Positions 52,058 to 63,047 of a DNA stretch of 64,000 nucleotides are shown here, one piece after another. Within the stretch, counting starts at the first letter, position 1; every line of letters starts with the position of its first letter. The DNA is from an uncultured Alphaproteobacteria bacterium (GTDB taxonomy: Bacteria; Pseudomonadota; Alphaproteobacteria; RF32; CAG-239), in the NCBI GenBank assembly GCA_910576955.1, contig CAJTJB010000005.1:2844-66843 (forward strand), in the 5' to 3' direction. A program made the translations under genes and the position numbers. The notes below the pieces were generated by a model. It had not been told where the DNA came from, did not search any database, and saw only the letters and a program-made list of their open reading frames with translations.

Positions 52058-52089
52058 ACAAAAAACCCGTCAGCATTTCTGCCAACGGG
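52058..52089 (-). terminator. Rho-independent terminator downstream of ppdK
   Basis: Minus-strand RNA hairpin CCCGUUGGCAG-AAAU-GCUGACGGG (two G-U pairs) followed by UUUUUUG. Confidence 0.6.
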
Positions 52090-52118
52090 CTTTTTACGCT
52101 ATATGCTAATTTTAATAA

Positions 52119-54818
52119 TTAGCAAGCTTTTTTGCAGCAGCAGCCTTCTTTAGCTGCATCAACAGCTTTCGGCTGACCTTTTTGCTTAACTGCAGCTTGA
52201 GCAGCAGCCAAACGCGCTACCGGTACACGGAACGGAGAGCAGGATACATAATCCAACCCGCAAGAATTGAAGAATTCAATAGATGCAGGGTCGCCACCAT
52301 GCTCGCCGCATACGCCCAAGTGCAAATCAGGATTAGTCATACGACCCTGAACACAAGCACGTTTAACAAGTTTACCAACGCCTTCAACATCAATAGATGC
52401 AAACGGATCTGCAACATAAACGCCTTTAGCTCTGTAGCAATCCAAAATAGCACCGGTATCGTCACGGCTCATACCCAAAGTTGTTTGTGTAAGGTCGTTT
52501 GTACCAAAACCGAAGAATCCGGCAGATTCTGCAATGTTTTCAGCCTGCAAAGCAGCTCTCGGCAATTCAATCATCGTACCAACAAGGTAGTCAATCTTCT
52601 TGCCTTTTTCAGCAAATACTTTTTGAGCTGTTGTATCAATGATGTTCTTGCAGATATCAAGTTCTTTTTTAGAACCGATTAACGGAACTTCAATTTCAGG
52701 AGTTACTTTAATACCTTTGTCTTGGCATTCCAAAGCAGCTTCCAAAATGGCACGTGTCTGCATTTCGCAAATTTCCGGATATGTAACGGCCAAACGGCAG
52801 CCACGGTGACCCAACATCGGGTTCAATTCGTGCAACTTTTCAGCGCGTGTCTTAACCTGTTCCAAAGTCATACCCATTTTGTCAGCCAATTCCTGCATTT
52901 CAGCATCTGTGTGCGGCAAAAATTCATGCAACGGCGGGTCAAGCAAACGAACTGTTACAGGCAGACCGTCCATAATCGTAAACAAGTCAATAAAGTCTTG
53001 TTTCTGATAAGGCAACAAACGAGCCAAAGCAGCACGGCGACCTTCTTCTGTATCAGACAAAATCATAGCGCGCATATCAGCAATACGGCTGGCATCAAAG
53101 AACATATGTTCCGTACGAGCCAAACCGATACCTTCTGCACCGAAATCACGAGCTTGTTTAGCATCTTTCGGAGTTTCGGCATTTGCACGAACTTTCATCG
53201 TTTTGATTTCATCAACCCAAGTCATCAACTTACCGAAATTACCGGTCATTTCAACTTGAACAGTCGGAATTTTGCCTTCGATAATCTGACCTTTAGCACC
53301 ATCCAAAGATACCCAGTCGCCTTCTTTGATAACAGAACCGGATTTTGTAGACATTGTTTTAGCTTTGTAGTCAATAACAATATCGGTAGAACCGGAAACG
53401 CAAGGAGTACCCATACCGCGAGCAACTACGGCAGCGTGAGAAGTCATACCGCCGCGAGCTGTAATCACGCCTTGAGAAGCATGCATACCGCCAATATCTT
53501 CAGGAGAAGTTTCGTTACGGATAAGGATAACTTTCTCACCTTTTGCAGCCCAAGCTTCTGCATCTTCCGCATTAAATACGGCACGACCAACAGCAGCACC
53601 CGGAGAAGCCGGCAAACCAACAGCGATAACTTTCTTTTCAGCTTTCGGGTCCAACATCGGGTGTAATAACTGATCAAGCTGATCTGCACCAACGCGCATA
53701 ATAGCTTCTTCTTTGGTCAGCATACCTTCTTCATACATTTCAACAGCCATACGAACGGCAGCTGCAGCGGTTCTCTTACCGTTACGGCATTGCAACATCC
53801 ACAATTTACCGTGTTCAATGGTGAATTCCATATCCTGCATATCTTTGTAGTGCGCTTCAAGATTGTTGCGAACATCAACCAATTCCTGATAAAGATGCGG
53901 CCATTTTTCTTCCAAAGAAGTGCCGTCGCCTTTAGAAGCCATCGGTTGCGGTGTACGAATACCGGCAACAACGTCTTCACCTTGTGCGTTAACAAGATAT
54001 TCGCCATAGTAAACGTTTTCACCTGTTGCAGGGTCGCGGGAGAAACATACGCCGGTAGCGCAGTCATCGCCGGCATTACCGAATACCATCGTCTGAACGT
54101 TAACGGCTGTACCCCAGTCACCCGGAATATTGTTTAATTTACGATAAGTAATTGCGCGGTCAACCATCCAAGAACCGAATACAGCGCCGATACCTGCCCA
54201 CAATTGATCCCACGGATCTTGCGGAACAACTTTACCCAATTTCTGACCGATTTCTTTATATTCTTTTACTAATTCTTTCAAATCGTCAGCAGTTAAATCT
54301 GTATCAGACTTATATCCTTTGGATTTTTTCATATTTTCCAAAGCTTCTTCATACAAATCCAAATCAGCGCCCAACACAACGTCAGAGAACATTTGTAAGA
54401 AACGACGATAAGAGTCATAAGCAAATCTTTCACTGCCGGAAGCTTTTGCCAAAGCTTTAACTGTTTCATCATTCAAACCGAGGTTTAAAACTGTATCCAT
54501 CATACCCGGCATAGAAACACGCGCACCGGAACGTACAGAGAATAACAACGGATTGTTAGCGTCAGCAAATTTCTTACCCATAATACCTTCAACATATGCT
54601 ACAGCCTGACGAACTTGATCTTTTAAATCAGCCGGATAAGTTTTGTTATTATCGTAGTAATATGTACAAACTTCTGTTGTTACCGTAAATCCCGGAGGAA
54701 CAGGCAAGCCAACTTTGTTCATTTCTGCCAAGTTAGCACCTTTACCGCCGAGGAGATTTCTCATGGAAGCATCGCCTTCGGCTTTGCCGTTACCAAATGT
54801 ATAAACCCATTTACTCAT
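52119..54818 (-). CDS. ppdK: Pyruvate, phosphate dikinase
   Basis: 899 aa; phospho-His motif GGMTSHAAVVARGMG; PEP-utilizing C-terminal TIM barrel; N-terminal ATP-grasp. Confidence 0.95.
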   Translation of the reverse strand: MSKWVYTFGNGKAEGDASMRNLLGGKGANLAEMNKVGLPVPPGFTVTTEVCTYYYDNNKTYPADLKDQVRQAVAYVEGIMGKKFADANNPLLFSVRSGARVSMPGMMDTVLNLGLNDETVKALAKASGSERFAYDSYRRFLQMFSDVVLGADLDLYEEALENMKKSKGYKSDTDLTADDLKELVKEYKEIGQKLGKVVPQDPWDQLWAGIGAVFGSWMVDRAITYRKLNNIPGDWGTAVNVQTMVFGNAGDDCATGVCFSRDPATGENVYYGEYLVNAQGEDVVAGIRTPQPMASKGDGTSLEEKWPHLYQELVDVRNNLEAHYKDMQDMEFTIEHGKLWMLQCRNGKRTAAAAVRMAVEMYEEGMLTKEEAIMRVGADQLDQLLHPMLDPKAEKKVIAVGLPASPGAAVGRAVFNAEDAEAWAAKGEKVILIRNETSPEDIGGMHASQGVITARGGMTSHAAVVARGMGTPCVSGSTDIVIDYKAKTMSTKSGSVIKEGDWVSLDGAKGQIIEGKIPTVQVEMTGNFGKLMTWVDEIKTMKVRANAETPKDAKQARDFGAEGIGLARTEHMFFDASRIADMRAMILSDTEEGRRAALARLLPYQKQDFIDLFTIMDGLPVTVRLLDPPLHEFLPHTDAEMQELADKMGMTLEQVKTRAEKLHELNPMLGHRGCRLAVTYPEICEMQTRAILEAALECQDKGIKVTPEIEVPLIGSKKELDICKNIIDTTAQKVFAEKGKKIDYLVGTMIELPRAALQAENIAESAGFFGFGTNDLTQTTLGMSRDDTGAILDCYRAKGVYVADPFASIDVEGVGKLVKRACVQGRMTNPDLHLGVCGEHGGDPASIEFFNSCGLDYVSCSPFRVPVARLAAAQAAVKQKGQPKAVDAAKEGCCCKKAC

Positions 54819-55010
54819 GGTTATAGAGCTCCTATCAGCTTAAAGTTAGTTAAAAACAGCCGCAATACAAAACATGCACGTTATGCACGCGGCAGAACGA
54901 TAAATTCTGACAAGAACTTATAACAAAAATTTTGAATATTCAAGCAAAAACTTGCTCTATTATCATTTTAAATCAAGTTTTAAAACAACAACATAGAATA
55001 GCATATATCT

Positions 55011-55712
55011 TTAAACTTTCACCACAGCACTATGTCTGTAACCCGTCTTCTCATACCGGTAAGAATAAAAAATTTTTTCTCCGCAAGCTGTACAATAAGG
55101 ACAGACATCAATTTGCGTAATACCGCATTCAATCAGCTGATTTTTGTTTATTTCTTTCAGCCCGACAAAATATTTCCCGTCCTTTTGCGCAAACCCCTGC
55201 CCTTTTTCTGACACCGTTGCAGACAGCGCGTCATAAACATCTTGTCCGACTTCATAGCAGTTAAAACAAATTGCCGGTCCGATTGCAACTTTAATATCTT
55301 GTTTTTTTACTCCATATTCATCACAAATTTTTTTAACCGCAACTTTTGCCATCATCTGCACCGTGCCGCGCCAACCGGCGTGTGCAATCATTGCTCCTTT
55401 GCCAAACGAAAAAACAAGCGGCGTACAATCGCCAAAATTCATAAAAGCTGCTCCCTCTTCAACCAAAAGCCCATCAGCTTTTTCATAAAAATATTTTCCG
55501 CGCTCAACTTTGGCTATATCAACTCCGTGCACCGGCTGATTCGTCGCCATCCGCATTCCCAAATAATCTTCAACTGCCTTTCTGTTCGCAGACATATCCT
55601 CATCTTTGGAAAAAAGGCATAATTCTCTTGTCGTAAAAAAATGCTCAACATCAGACAATAAATCAGATTTAAAAACTTTCTTTCCATCAATATAGTCAGC
55701 ATAAAACATCAA
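55011..55712 (-). CDS. pgeF: Peptidoglycan editing factor PgeF (YfiH/DUF152 laccase-domain protein)
   Basis: 233 aa; conserved HAGWRG and C..C motifs of the YfiH family. Confidence 0.8.
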   Translation of the reverse strand: MMFYADYIDGKKVFKSDLLSDVEHFFTTRELCLFSKDEDMSANRKAVEDYLGMRMATNQPVHGVDIAKVERGKYFYEKADGLLVEEGAAFMNFGDCTPLVFSFGKGAMIAHAGWRGTVQMMAKVAVKKICDEYGVKKQDIKVAIGPAICFNCYEVGQDVYDALSATVSEKGQGFAQKDGKYFVGLKEINKNQLIECGITQIDVCPYCTACGEKIFYSYRYEKTGYRHSAVVKV

Positions 55713-56434
55713 TTACTCGCTTCTTCTTTTTTCTCATCGGCAAGCCATATGGCATTTTTAATATTTTTTTCTAAAAATGCCCGATGATTCGCGGCATCTA
55801 ATTCTTCAAACGAAAACAGCCGCGGCTCTCTGTAAACTCTTTTTACCTCCACATAACCGCTGCTGACAACTTTTCCGCTTTCAAATTTGGAAGACAAATC
55901 CATTGTCGGCTCGGCACCGCCTAAAAGCTCAAGGTAAACCTCTGCCAGCAACTGTGCATCAAGCAAAGCGCCGTGGAAAGTACGCGCCGAATTATCAATA
56001 TTAAAACGTTTACAAAGCGCATCCAAATTATTTCGCTGCCCCGGAAATTTATTTTTGGCAATTTCAAGCGTATCTATTGCTCTGTCCCACCCATATTCGG
56101 CATATCCGAGTCTTTTTAATTCATAATTGATAAACTTCATATCAAACGCAGCATTATGCGCAACCAACACGCCGTCATCACCGATAAAATCAATCCACTC
56201 CTGCGCCACATCGGCAAAAACCGGATAGTCTTTCAAAAACTCTGTTGTTAATCCGTGAACTTTAACAACTTCTTCCGGTACTTCCCTTTCCGGATTGATA
56301 TATTGATGATACGTTTTCCCCGTCGGAACATGGTTAATCAACTCAACCGCGCCGATTTCCACAAGTTTATCGCCAGTTGTCGGATCAAAACCTGTAGTTT
56401 CCGTATCAAATACAATCTCTCTGATCGTCTGCAT
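55709..56434 (-). CDS. dnaQ: DNA polymerase III epsilon subunit (3'-5' exonuclease)
   Basis: 241 aa; Exo I FDTETTG; Exo II HNAAFD; Exo III YLELLGG region. Confidence 0.9.
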   Translation of the reverse strand: MQTIREIVFDTETTGFDPTTGDKLVEIGAVELINHVPTGKTYHQYINPEREVPEEVVKVHGLTTEFLKDYPVFADVAQEWIDFIGDDGVLVAHNAAFDMKFINYELKRLGYAEYGWDRAIDTLEIAKNKFPGQRNNLDALCKRFNIDNSARTFHGALLDAQLLAEVYLELLGGAEPTMDLSSKFESGKVVSSGYVEVKRVYREPRLFSFEELDAANHRAFLEKNIKNAIWLADEKKEEASN

Positions 56435-56437
56435 ATT

Positions 56438-57013
56438 TTATAGTTCCTCAATAACGTTTAATATATTTCTAATTAACTTTCCTTTAGTACCGCCGGTATT
56501 TATCACAAAGTCCGCCTTTGCAGCTTTTGCCTTTTGTGGCAACTGCACTTTATTTATTTTTTCAAAATCCGCCGCACTGATATTATCTCGTTTCATAACG
56601 CGCCTTTTTTGTTCTTCATAGTCCACATCAGCCACAATAACATAATCGAAATATTTATCCCAGCCCATTTCAAACAATAACGCCACATCAACAAAAACCA
56701 AACCCTCATTTTTATGCCGTCGGATAATCCGCCGCAGCCTGCCGGTTAAAAAGGGATGAATAAGGCTTTCAAGCTTTTTTAATTTATCAGGATTATCAAA
56801 AACCAAATTTCTCAAAGCCCGTTTATTAAAAACGCCGCCTTGGTCAAAAACTTCAGGAAAGCACGCTTTAACAACCTTTAAAAAATCTTTTTTATAATAC
56901 AAAAGCTTAACCCATTTATCTATATCATAAACAAGAAACCCCTGCTCTCTCAACAGTTCGGATATTGTCGTTTTACCGCATCCGATAGAACCGGTAATTG
57001 CCGTTAAAATCAT
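56438..57013 (-). CDS. coaE: Dephospho-CoA kinase
   Basis: 191 aa; P-loop GSIGCGKTT; coaE-dnaQ adjacency. Confidence 0.85.
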   Translation of the reverse strand: MILTAITGSIGCGKTTISELLREQGFLVYDIDKWVKLLYYKKDFLKVVKACFPEVFDQGGVFNKRALRNLVFDNPDKLKKLESLIHPFLTGRLRRIIRRHKNEGLVFVDVALLFEMGWDKYFDYVIVADVDYEEQKRRVMKRDNISAADFEKINKVQLPQKAKAAKADFVINTGGTKGKLIRNILNVIEEL

Positions 57014-57530
57014 TTTTGCCTCTTTTGTTTATTCACACCTTGAAAGCTGTCTGTGCATAACTATATTGTTTTAAAAAATACTAACAAACAATCCTCATAA
57101 ACCCAAAATAGAACCCGAAGTTATAAACAGTTTTCTTTAAACTATCCCACCCTGTGACTACTGTTGATAACATTTTTTATCCTCAAAAACAGGTTCTCAA
57201 TTAAAATTTTGTTTTAAAAACAGATTTTTGGAGTCGTACACAGCCTTTTAAACAAGACCAATTTTTTGGGGATAAAATCGTGTATAAAAACTTATCAACA
57301 CAACTCACAGGCATCAACAAATAACTAAAAAATATTTTTAAATAATTGTTTGGGAATTTTCGCTGTTTATAACTTTTTCATCAAAACGCCAAAATTTCCC
57401 TTGTAGTGAAAAATCTTTTAAATTCAGGCAATAACATTTACATTGACATCTAAAATTTTTCACTATAAACAGAATATCAAACAGACATTTGTCATTCAAG
57501 CTCAATTTATTTTTCCAAACAGGTTTATCA

Positions 57531-58784
57531 ATGCATTTGAAAGAATTAAAAAACAAATCTCCCAAAGAACTGTTAAGTCAGGCAGAAGATATGGGGGTCG
57601 AAGATGCATCATCGATGCGCGTGCAAGATTTGATTTTTGCCATCATGAAAAAAGTTGCCGAAGACGATCAGATTATTCAGGGCGACGGAGTGATTGAAGT
57701 TATGCCGGACGGTTTTGGCTTTTTACGTTCTTCCCAATCAAATTACCTTGCCTCTGCGGATGATATCTATGTTTCTCCGCAACAGGTCAAAAGATACGGT
57801 TTGCGCACCGGAGATACGGTAGAAGGTGAAATTCGCGCTCCGAAAGAAAACGAGCGTTATTTTGCCCTGACCAAGGTAAATACCATTAACTATGATGACC
57901 CGGAAAAATCGAAATTAAGAATCAATTTTGATAACTTGACGCCATTATATCCGACTGAAAAATTAAATTTCGATATTATTTGCGGAGATAAAGATTATAC
58001 GACCCGTGTGATTGATTTAATTTCGCCACAGGGAAAAGGGCAGCGCGGCTTAATTGTTGCTCCGCCGCGTACCGGTAAAACCGTTATGCTGCAAAATATA
58101 GCGCACGCTATTGCTACTAACCATCCTGAAGTTTATTTGATTGTGTTGCTTATTGATGAGCGTCCGGAAGAAGTGACGGATATGACGCGTTCGGTAAAAG
58201 GCGAAGTTATTTCTTCAACGTTTGACGAACCGGCAGCCCGCCACGTTCAAGTTGCTGAAATGGTAATAGAAAAAGCCAAACGTTTGGTAGAAAATAAAAA
58301 AGATGTTGTAATTCTTCTCGATTCCATTACTCGTCTGGGCAGAGCCTACAATACGGTTCTTCCGTCTTCCGGTAAGGTTTTAACCGGCGGTGTGGATGCC
58401 AATGCCCTGCAGCGTCCGAAACGTTTGTTAGGTGCTGCGCGCAATGTCGAAGAAGGCGGGTCGCTGACTATCATCGCAACAGCTTTAATTGACACCGGCT
58501 CTCGTATGGATGAGGTTATTTTTGAAGAATTTAAAGGAACGGGCAATTCCGAAATTATTTTGGATAGAAAACTGACCGATAAACGCCTGTTCCCGACAAT
58601 AGATATCACCCGTTCCGGCACACGTAAAGAAGAGCTTTTGGTTGATAAAAATGTTCTAACCAAAATGTGGGTACTCCGCCGCGTGTTGATGCAAATGGGA
58701 ATGACAGACGGTATGGAATTTTTGCTTGAAAAACTGAAGTTAAGCAAAGATAACAACGACTTTTTCAATAATATGAATTCATAA
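57531..58784 (+). CDS. rho: Transcription termination factor Rho
   Basis: Start at [11 protein letters not shown]; N-terminal domain, OB fold; Walker [16 protein letters not shown]; preceded by a roughly 517-nt leader. Confidence 0.95.
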   Translation: MHLKELKNKSPKELLSQAEDMGVEDASSMRVQDLIFAIMKKVAEDDQIIQGDGVIEVMPDGFGFLRSSQSNYLASADDIYVSPQQVKRYGLRTGDTVEGEIRAPKENERYFALTKVNTINYDDPEKSKLRINFDNLTPLYPTEKLNFDIICGDKDYTTRVIDLISPQGKGQRGLIVAPPRTGKTVMLQNIAHAIATNHPEVYLIVLLIDERPEEVTDMTRSVKGEVISSTFDEPAARHVQVAEMVIEKAKRLVENKKDVVILLDSITRLGRAYNTVLPSSGKVLTGGVDANALQRPKRLLGAARNVEEGGSLTIIATALIDTGSRMDEVIFEEFKGTGNSEIILDRKLTDKRLFPTIDITRSGTRKEELLVDKNVLTKMWVLRRVLMQMGMTDGMEFLLEKLKLSKDNNDFFNNMNS

Positions 58785-58838
58785 CAAGAAAGGCAGCTTA
58801 CAGCTGCCTTTTAATTGCTCTTAAAATCCAATAAAGAT

Positions 58839-59630
58839 CTAATTCTTAAATTGGATTTTTTTTACGCCTTTTAAACGATAGTTATAGTGAACATCGCCTA
58901 AAATCACTTTGACTTCAGAGTTTTCTTTAATGTTTCGAACTTCCGGATATTCGAAAGGCGAAACAAAAAATTTCTCTCCTTTAGCCTCAAGCACATAGTA
59001 TGTTGTGCCGTTAAAAGATTCTGTTTCGATAATTTTTACCGGCACAAAAATTTCTTTGTTAAACTGCTGTTGTAAGAATTGTTGTTCTTTCTTATCGGCT
59101 GCTTCAGTTTCAAAATATAATGCCAATAAAGCAGACGCTAAAACAATAAGCAATGAGCCAAATGCACCATTATATTTTGTTTTGAAGTCAGCGGAAGAAG
59201 AAAAATAATTCCAGCCATAAAGTTCGTCATTATATTTTAAATAATACGAAATTATCGGAACACAGCTGTAAAGGATTGCAATATCAATGCCGGCAATAAT
59301 TATTGGTAAAACATAATGTTCTTCAAATTTTAGTGCTTGCATAAAAATACCGGAAATACCGAAACAAAATATCGCCCACATCGCGATAACACTTATTTTG
59401 TATATCCGTACACTTCCAAATCTTAATCGTAGGAAAGAAAATCCCCAGATAACGGACATTGCAAAAAACAAGCCATCAAACGACCAAACTGTCAGATAGA
59501 TAACAGCAAGTGTGCAGGCAATTATATATCCGACAAACATTTTGTACTTTTTCCAAAACTTTGGAAATACTGTTTTCAATGCAAAAACATTAGCCTTTGG
59601 CTGCTGTTTTTCTTTAATAATTTTACCCAT
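58839..59630 (-). CDS. Hypothetical membrane protein with C-terminal soluble domain
   Basis: 263 aa; four or five N-terminal TM helices, then a roughly 90-aa hydrophilic tail; no family assigned. Confidence 0.4.
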   Translation of the reverse strand: MGKIIKEKQQPKANVFALKTVFPKFWKKYKMFVGYIIACTLAVIYLTVWSFDGLFFAMSVIWGFSFLRLRFGSVRIYKISVIAMWAIFCFGISGIFMQALKFEEHYVLPIIIAGIDIAILYSCVPIISYYLKYNDELYGWNYFSSSADFKTKYNGAFGSLLIVLASALLALYFETEAADKKEQQFLQQQFNKEIFVPVKIIETESFNGTTYYVLEAKGEKFFVSPFEYPEVRNIKENSEVKVILGDVHYNYRLKGVKKIQFKN

Positions 59631-59676
59631 AATATATAGTTTTAAATAATTAGTATCTCCTCGAAATATACATAAA

Positions 59677-60235
59677 TTATTGATTTAAAGTCAATAAAAA
59701 ACTTTTAAGCTCCATCATACTCTGAAATATATGTTTAATTCCAAGTTTTTTAACAGCCTGAATATTATGTGGCGTATTGTTCATTTCACACCCGGTAAAA
59801 GCAACAGTCAGCATACCGGCGTTTAATCCGGCTTTCATTCCGGCAAGGGAATCTTCAATAACGATGCATTCTTCTGGTAAAAAGCCCATTTTTTGACCTT
59901 ATGCCGCCGGTAGCAATGCATTGTTTGAATTGCTTAAGGTTAAAAATATCTTCAATATGCGGCATTAAAGCAAACCCCTGCTCCATGGTTTGAGAATCCA
60001 GTTCTGCTGCTTTATTCCAAAAATGATGGTCAGTTTTTATATTCATTGCGTCCAAAACCTCTTTTTTGGTTTTATCGCTCATTCCGCCTAAATGTTTATT
60101 TGTTTGTTCAAAACTCCAAGGCAAATTCAACTCTTCATTGATAAGTTTTTGTCGGTTAAGCAACCAAAGTTTTTCCGTATCGGCAATCACACCGTCAAAA
60201 TCCCAGATAATAAGTTTAATATGTTGCTGCGGCAT
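59677..60235 (-). pseudogene. HAD-superfamily hydrolase, frameshifted/internally deleted
   Basis: The ORF at 59855-60235 carries HAD motif I (IIWDFDGVIADTE) and motif II (CIATGG). The ORF at 59677-59889 in another frame carries motif IV (CIVIEDSLAGMKAG). The frames switch near a T6 homopolymer at about 59888-59893 and the motif II to motif IV spacing is too short. Confidence 0.5.
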
Positions 60236-60373
60236 TTTATTCTCCTAAAAAGTATTTTCTGTTAAGATAATAGATAAAACTTAATAAAACATAAGCATCG
60301 CAAATAAAAGCAGTGTATTTAAAGCTTGCAATCTCTGAAACCGCAAGTTATAACAATCAAAAAGGAGAAAAAT

Positions 60374-61705
60374 ATGTCTAATAAAACAATATATGCGCTT
60401 TCTACTGTTTTCGGCAAATCCGGCGTGGCGGTTATCCGTATTTCCGGTTCAGATGCCCTAAAGGTAATAAAAGAAGTAACAGCTATTGATGTTGAAAACA
60501 TAAAACCGCGATATGCATATTATACTCCTGTATTAGATAAAAATAATCGGGATTTATTGGATAAAGCTCTGGTTATTTATTATAAAGCCCCCTGTTCTTT
60601 TACCGGTGAGGATATTGTTGAGATAAATTGCCATGGTTCAAAAGCGGTTTTAAACAGTGTTTTAAATTGTATGAACTCTTTTTCGGAGTTGCGTCTGGCA
60701 GAACCCGGAGAGTTTTCCAAACGCGCGTTTTATAATCAAAAAATGGATTTGACCGAAGCCGAAGGTTTAGCCGATTTGATAGATGCTGAAACCAAAGAAC
60801 AGCAAAAATATGCCTTGCGCCAAATGGAAGGAAATTTGAAAAATCTTTATTCTTCGTGGCGTGAAAATCTGGTAAAAGTATTATCTGTTTTAGAAGCTTA
60901 TATTGATTTTCCTGATGAGGATATCCCTCAAAATCTTTATGATGATATTTTAAACACTGTATTTAAAACTAAAAAAGAAATAGAAAAGCATCTGGACGGC
61001 AACACAGTGAACGAGCGTTTGAAAAACGGATTTCGTATTGTAATTGCCGGAGAGGCAAATGCCGGTAAATCCAGTCTTATTAATACATTGACACAGCGCA
61101 ATGCTGTTATTGTTTCAGATATTGCTGGCACAACGCGGGATGCTATTGATATAAACTTGGATATCGGCGGTTATCCGGTTGTAATAACAGATACGGCGGG
61201 CATAAGGGAAACAGATAATCCGATAGAACAACAAGGCATAGATATTGCCCTGCAAAAAATTGCCGATGCCGATATAGTTCTTGCTTTGTATAATGGAAAC
61301 GCTGTATTTAAAGATGAAAAGGTATTGCCTAAAAATAAAACAATATATGTTGCCAATAAAATGGATAAATTGTCTGAAGAGCAAATACAAGCAATAAAAG
61401 ATAAAAAACATCTGCTAATCTCGGCAAAGTATAATCAAGGGATAGACAAACTTATTGCTGTTTTGCTGGATAAAATTAAAGACAATTTTTCATCATCTTC
61501 AAACTTTTTAATAACCAGAATAAGATATCGCCGAAGTCTTGAAGAATGTTTGGATAATCTGTCCGAATTTTCATTGGATAAAGAAATTGAATTATCCGCA
61601 GAAGACATCAGGCTTGCCTGCCGAGCTATTGGCAGAATAACCGGTGCGGTTCATATAGATGAAATTCTCGATAATATTTTTGGCAGTTTTTGCATCGGCA
61701 AATAA
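60374..61705 (+). CDS. mnmE: tRNA modification GTPase MnmE
   Basis: Start at MSNKTIYAL (aaaggag RBS); G-domain GEANAGKSSLINTL, DTAGIRE; C-terminal CIGK. Confidence 0.9.
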   Translation: MSNKTIYALSTVFGKSGVAVIRISGSDALKVIKEVTAIDVENIKPRYAYYTPVLDKNNRDLLDKALVIYYKAPCSFTGEDIVEINCHGSKAVLNSVLNCMNSFSELRLAEPGEFSKRAFYNQKMDLTEAEGLADLIDAETKEQQKYALRQMEGNLKNLYSSWRENLVKVLSVLEAYIDFPDEDIPQNLYDDILNTVFKTKKEIEKHLDGNTVNERLKNGFRIVIAGEANAGKSSLINTLTQRNAVIVSDIAGTTRDAIDINLDIGGYPVVITDTAGIRETDNPIEQQGIDIALQKIADADIVLALYNGNAVFKDEKVLPKNKTIYVANKMDKLSEEQIQAIKDKKHLLISAKYNQGIDKLIAVLLDKIKDNFSSSSNFLITRIRYRRSLEECLDNLSEFSLDKEIELSAEDIRLACRAIGRITGAVHIDEILDNIFGSFCIGK

Positions 61706-61715
61706 CAATTAAAAT

Positions 61716-63047
61716 TTAATTGTATTTACGCAAAAGTAAATTAAAGCATTTAGATAATTTTGACCGTTCGGATGGATTAACATTGAGCTGTTGTATAATA
61801 TCAGGTGTTAAAATATCAGTATTTTCGCTCATAATATAATCCAAAACGTCACAGAATTGGTAAAAATTTTTATAAGTCAGCTTTGGGGCGGTATCGTTTA
61901 TTGCTTTTAATTTCTCAATGATTTTACTGAAAATTTGTGTTCTGTTAAAGCAAAAATATGTATCAATATGAAACAATGCTATCAGAGCGCTTACTTCTTC
62001 AGTCAAAATATCAACATTGTTCAGTGGATTTTTCAGCATATCAAAAAATGAGTCTATAAAATATTTGCGGATAAAACGATAGCAAAAAATATTATACTCG
62101 TAATTATAATTAATGATATATTTGCACAATTTTAGGCAAAAGAGCTTGTAAGCCTCATTTTTTTGCGCAGCAAGTTTAATAGTGTCAAACAAATAATAAA
62201 AATCTTCTTTTACCGGTGCTTTTTTAGCCAGCGTGCTAACTGTGAGCGCTTTAATCGCTTCAATTTTCATATCAACGGAATTATACAAATCTTCAATATT
62301 TTGGAATATTTCTTTTTTGAAATCCCTTAAGTCTTTATTTGCACTAAAATCTTGTTGTAAAAGGGTATAATTGACGGAATGTAAGATTTTCCAGTAAAAA
62401 TAAATATTTTTGACAGATAAGTTTAATATTTTTTTGCATAATAAAACAAACTCTTCAGGACAGATTTCTTTATTCATCACTGCATACAATATACGGTCAA
62501 CCCAACATAAAAAGGTTGTTTCGTTTTCTTTTATTTCTTTTTTATACTTAAAGTTTATTAGTTTTTTTAAAATATTGTGTTTCGCTTTTATATAATCTTG
62601 TTTAACTTCCGAAACGGTACTTTTTAATATAAAATTATCGCAGATTCTCAAAATTAAAAAGTCATAACTGAAATAAGATGTTTCATGTGAAACATTATCT
62701 AACGCCGCAACTATTTTTTTATGCAAATTTACATCAATAGCTTTTTCCAGTTTTTCGCTGGTAAGGTTTCCCATTTTAATAAGTTCGTATAAATTTCTGT
62801 TATCACCAATTAATATTAAATCTTTGGTTTTAATGAAATTATTAATAGTTTTTCGAATATTTGCACAAGTTAAATTATTGGAACTGGCGTGCAAAATGTT
62901 TTCATTAATCGAATGCTCATAAGCGTTATCAAAGCGTTTTTTCGTTAAAAGGCTGTCAAGCTCATTAAAAAAACTATAATTTTTGCTATCATTAATTACA
63001 GAAATTAAGGTAAAATATTTTTTTGAAGAGATTGTAGTATAGTTCAT
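61716..63047 (-). CDS. Hypothetical Asn/Ile/Lys/Tyr-rich protein in a very AT-rich segment (orphan)
   Basis: 443-aa ORF; estimated GC about 25% against about 40% for the neighbours; predicted all-alpha; no recognisable motif. Confidence 0.5.
   Translation of the reverse strand: MNYTTISSKKYFTLISVINDSKNYSFFNELDSLLTKKRFDNAYEHSINENILHASSNNLTCANIRKTINNFIKTKDLILIGDNRNLYELIKMGNLTSEKLEKAIDVNLHKKIVAALDNVSHETSYFSYDFLILRICDNFILKSTVSEVKQDYIKAKHNILKKLINFKYKKEIKENETTFLCWVDRILYAVMNKEICPEEFVLLCKKILNLSVKNIYFYWKILHSVNYTLLQQDFSANKDLRDFKKEIFQNIEDLYNSVDMKIEAIKALTVSTLAKKAPVKEDFYYLFDTIKLAAQKNEAYKLFCLKLCKYIINYNYEYNIFCYRFIRKYFIDSFFDMLKNPLNNVDILTEEVSALIALFHIDTYFCFNRTQIFSKIIEKLKAINDTAPKLTYKNFYQFCDVLDYIMSENTDILTPDIIQQLNVNPSERSKLSKCFNLLLRKYN

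Noticed and set aside
52722-53666. 314-aa plus-strand ORF inside ppdK, with similar long antisense ORFs inside rpsA (24351-24878), dnaE (43973-44539), nagB (47150-47695), trxB (2822-3298) and the Tim44-like gene (33197-33688)
   Set aside because: All lie opposite well-supported conserved genes and have the Ser/Cys/Arg-rich low-complexity composition typical of antisense frames.
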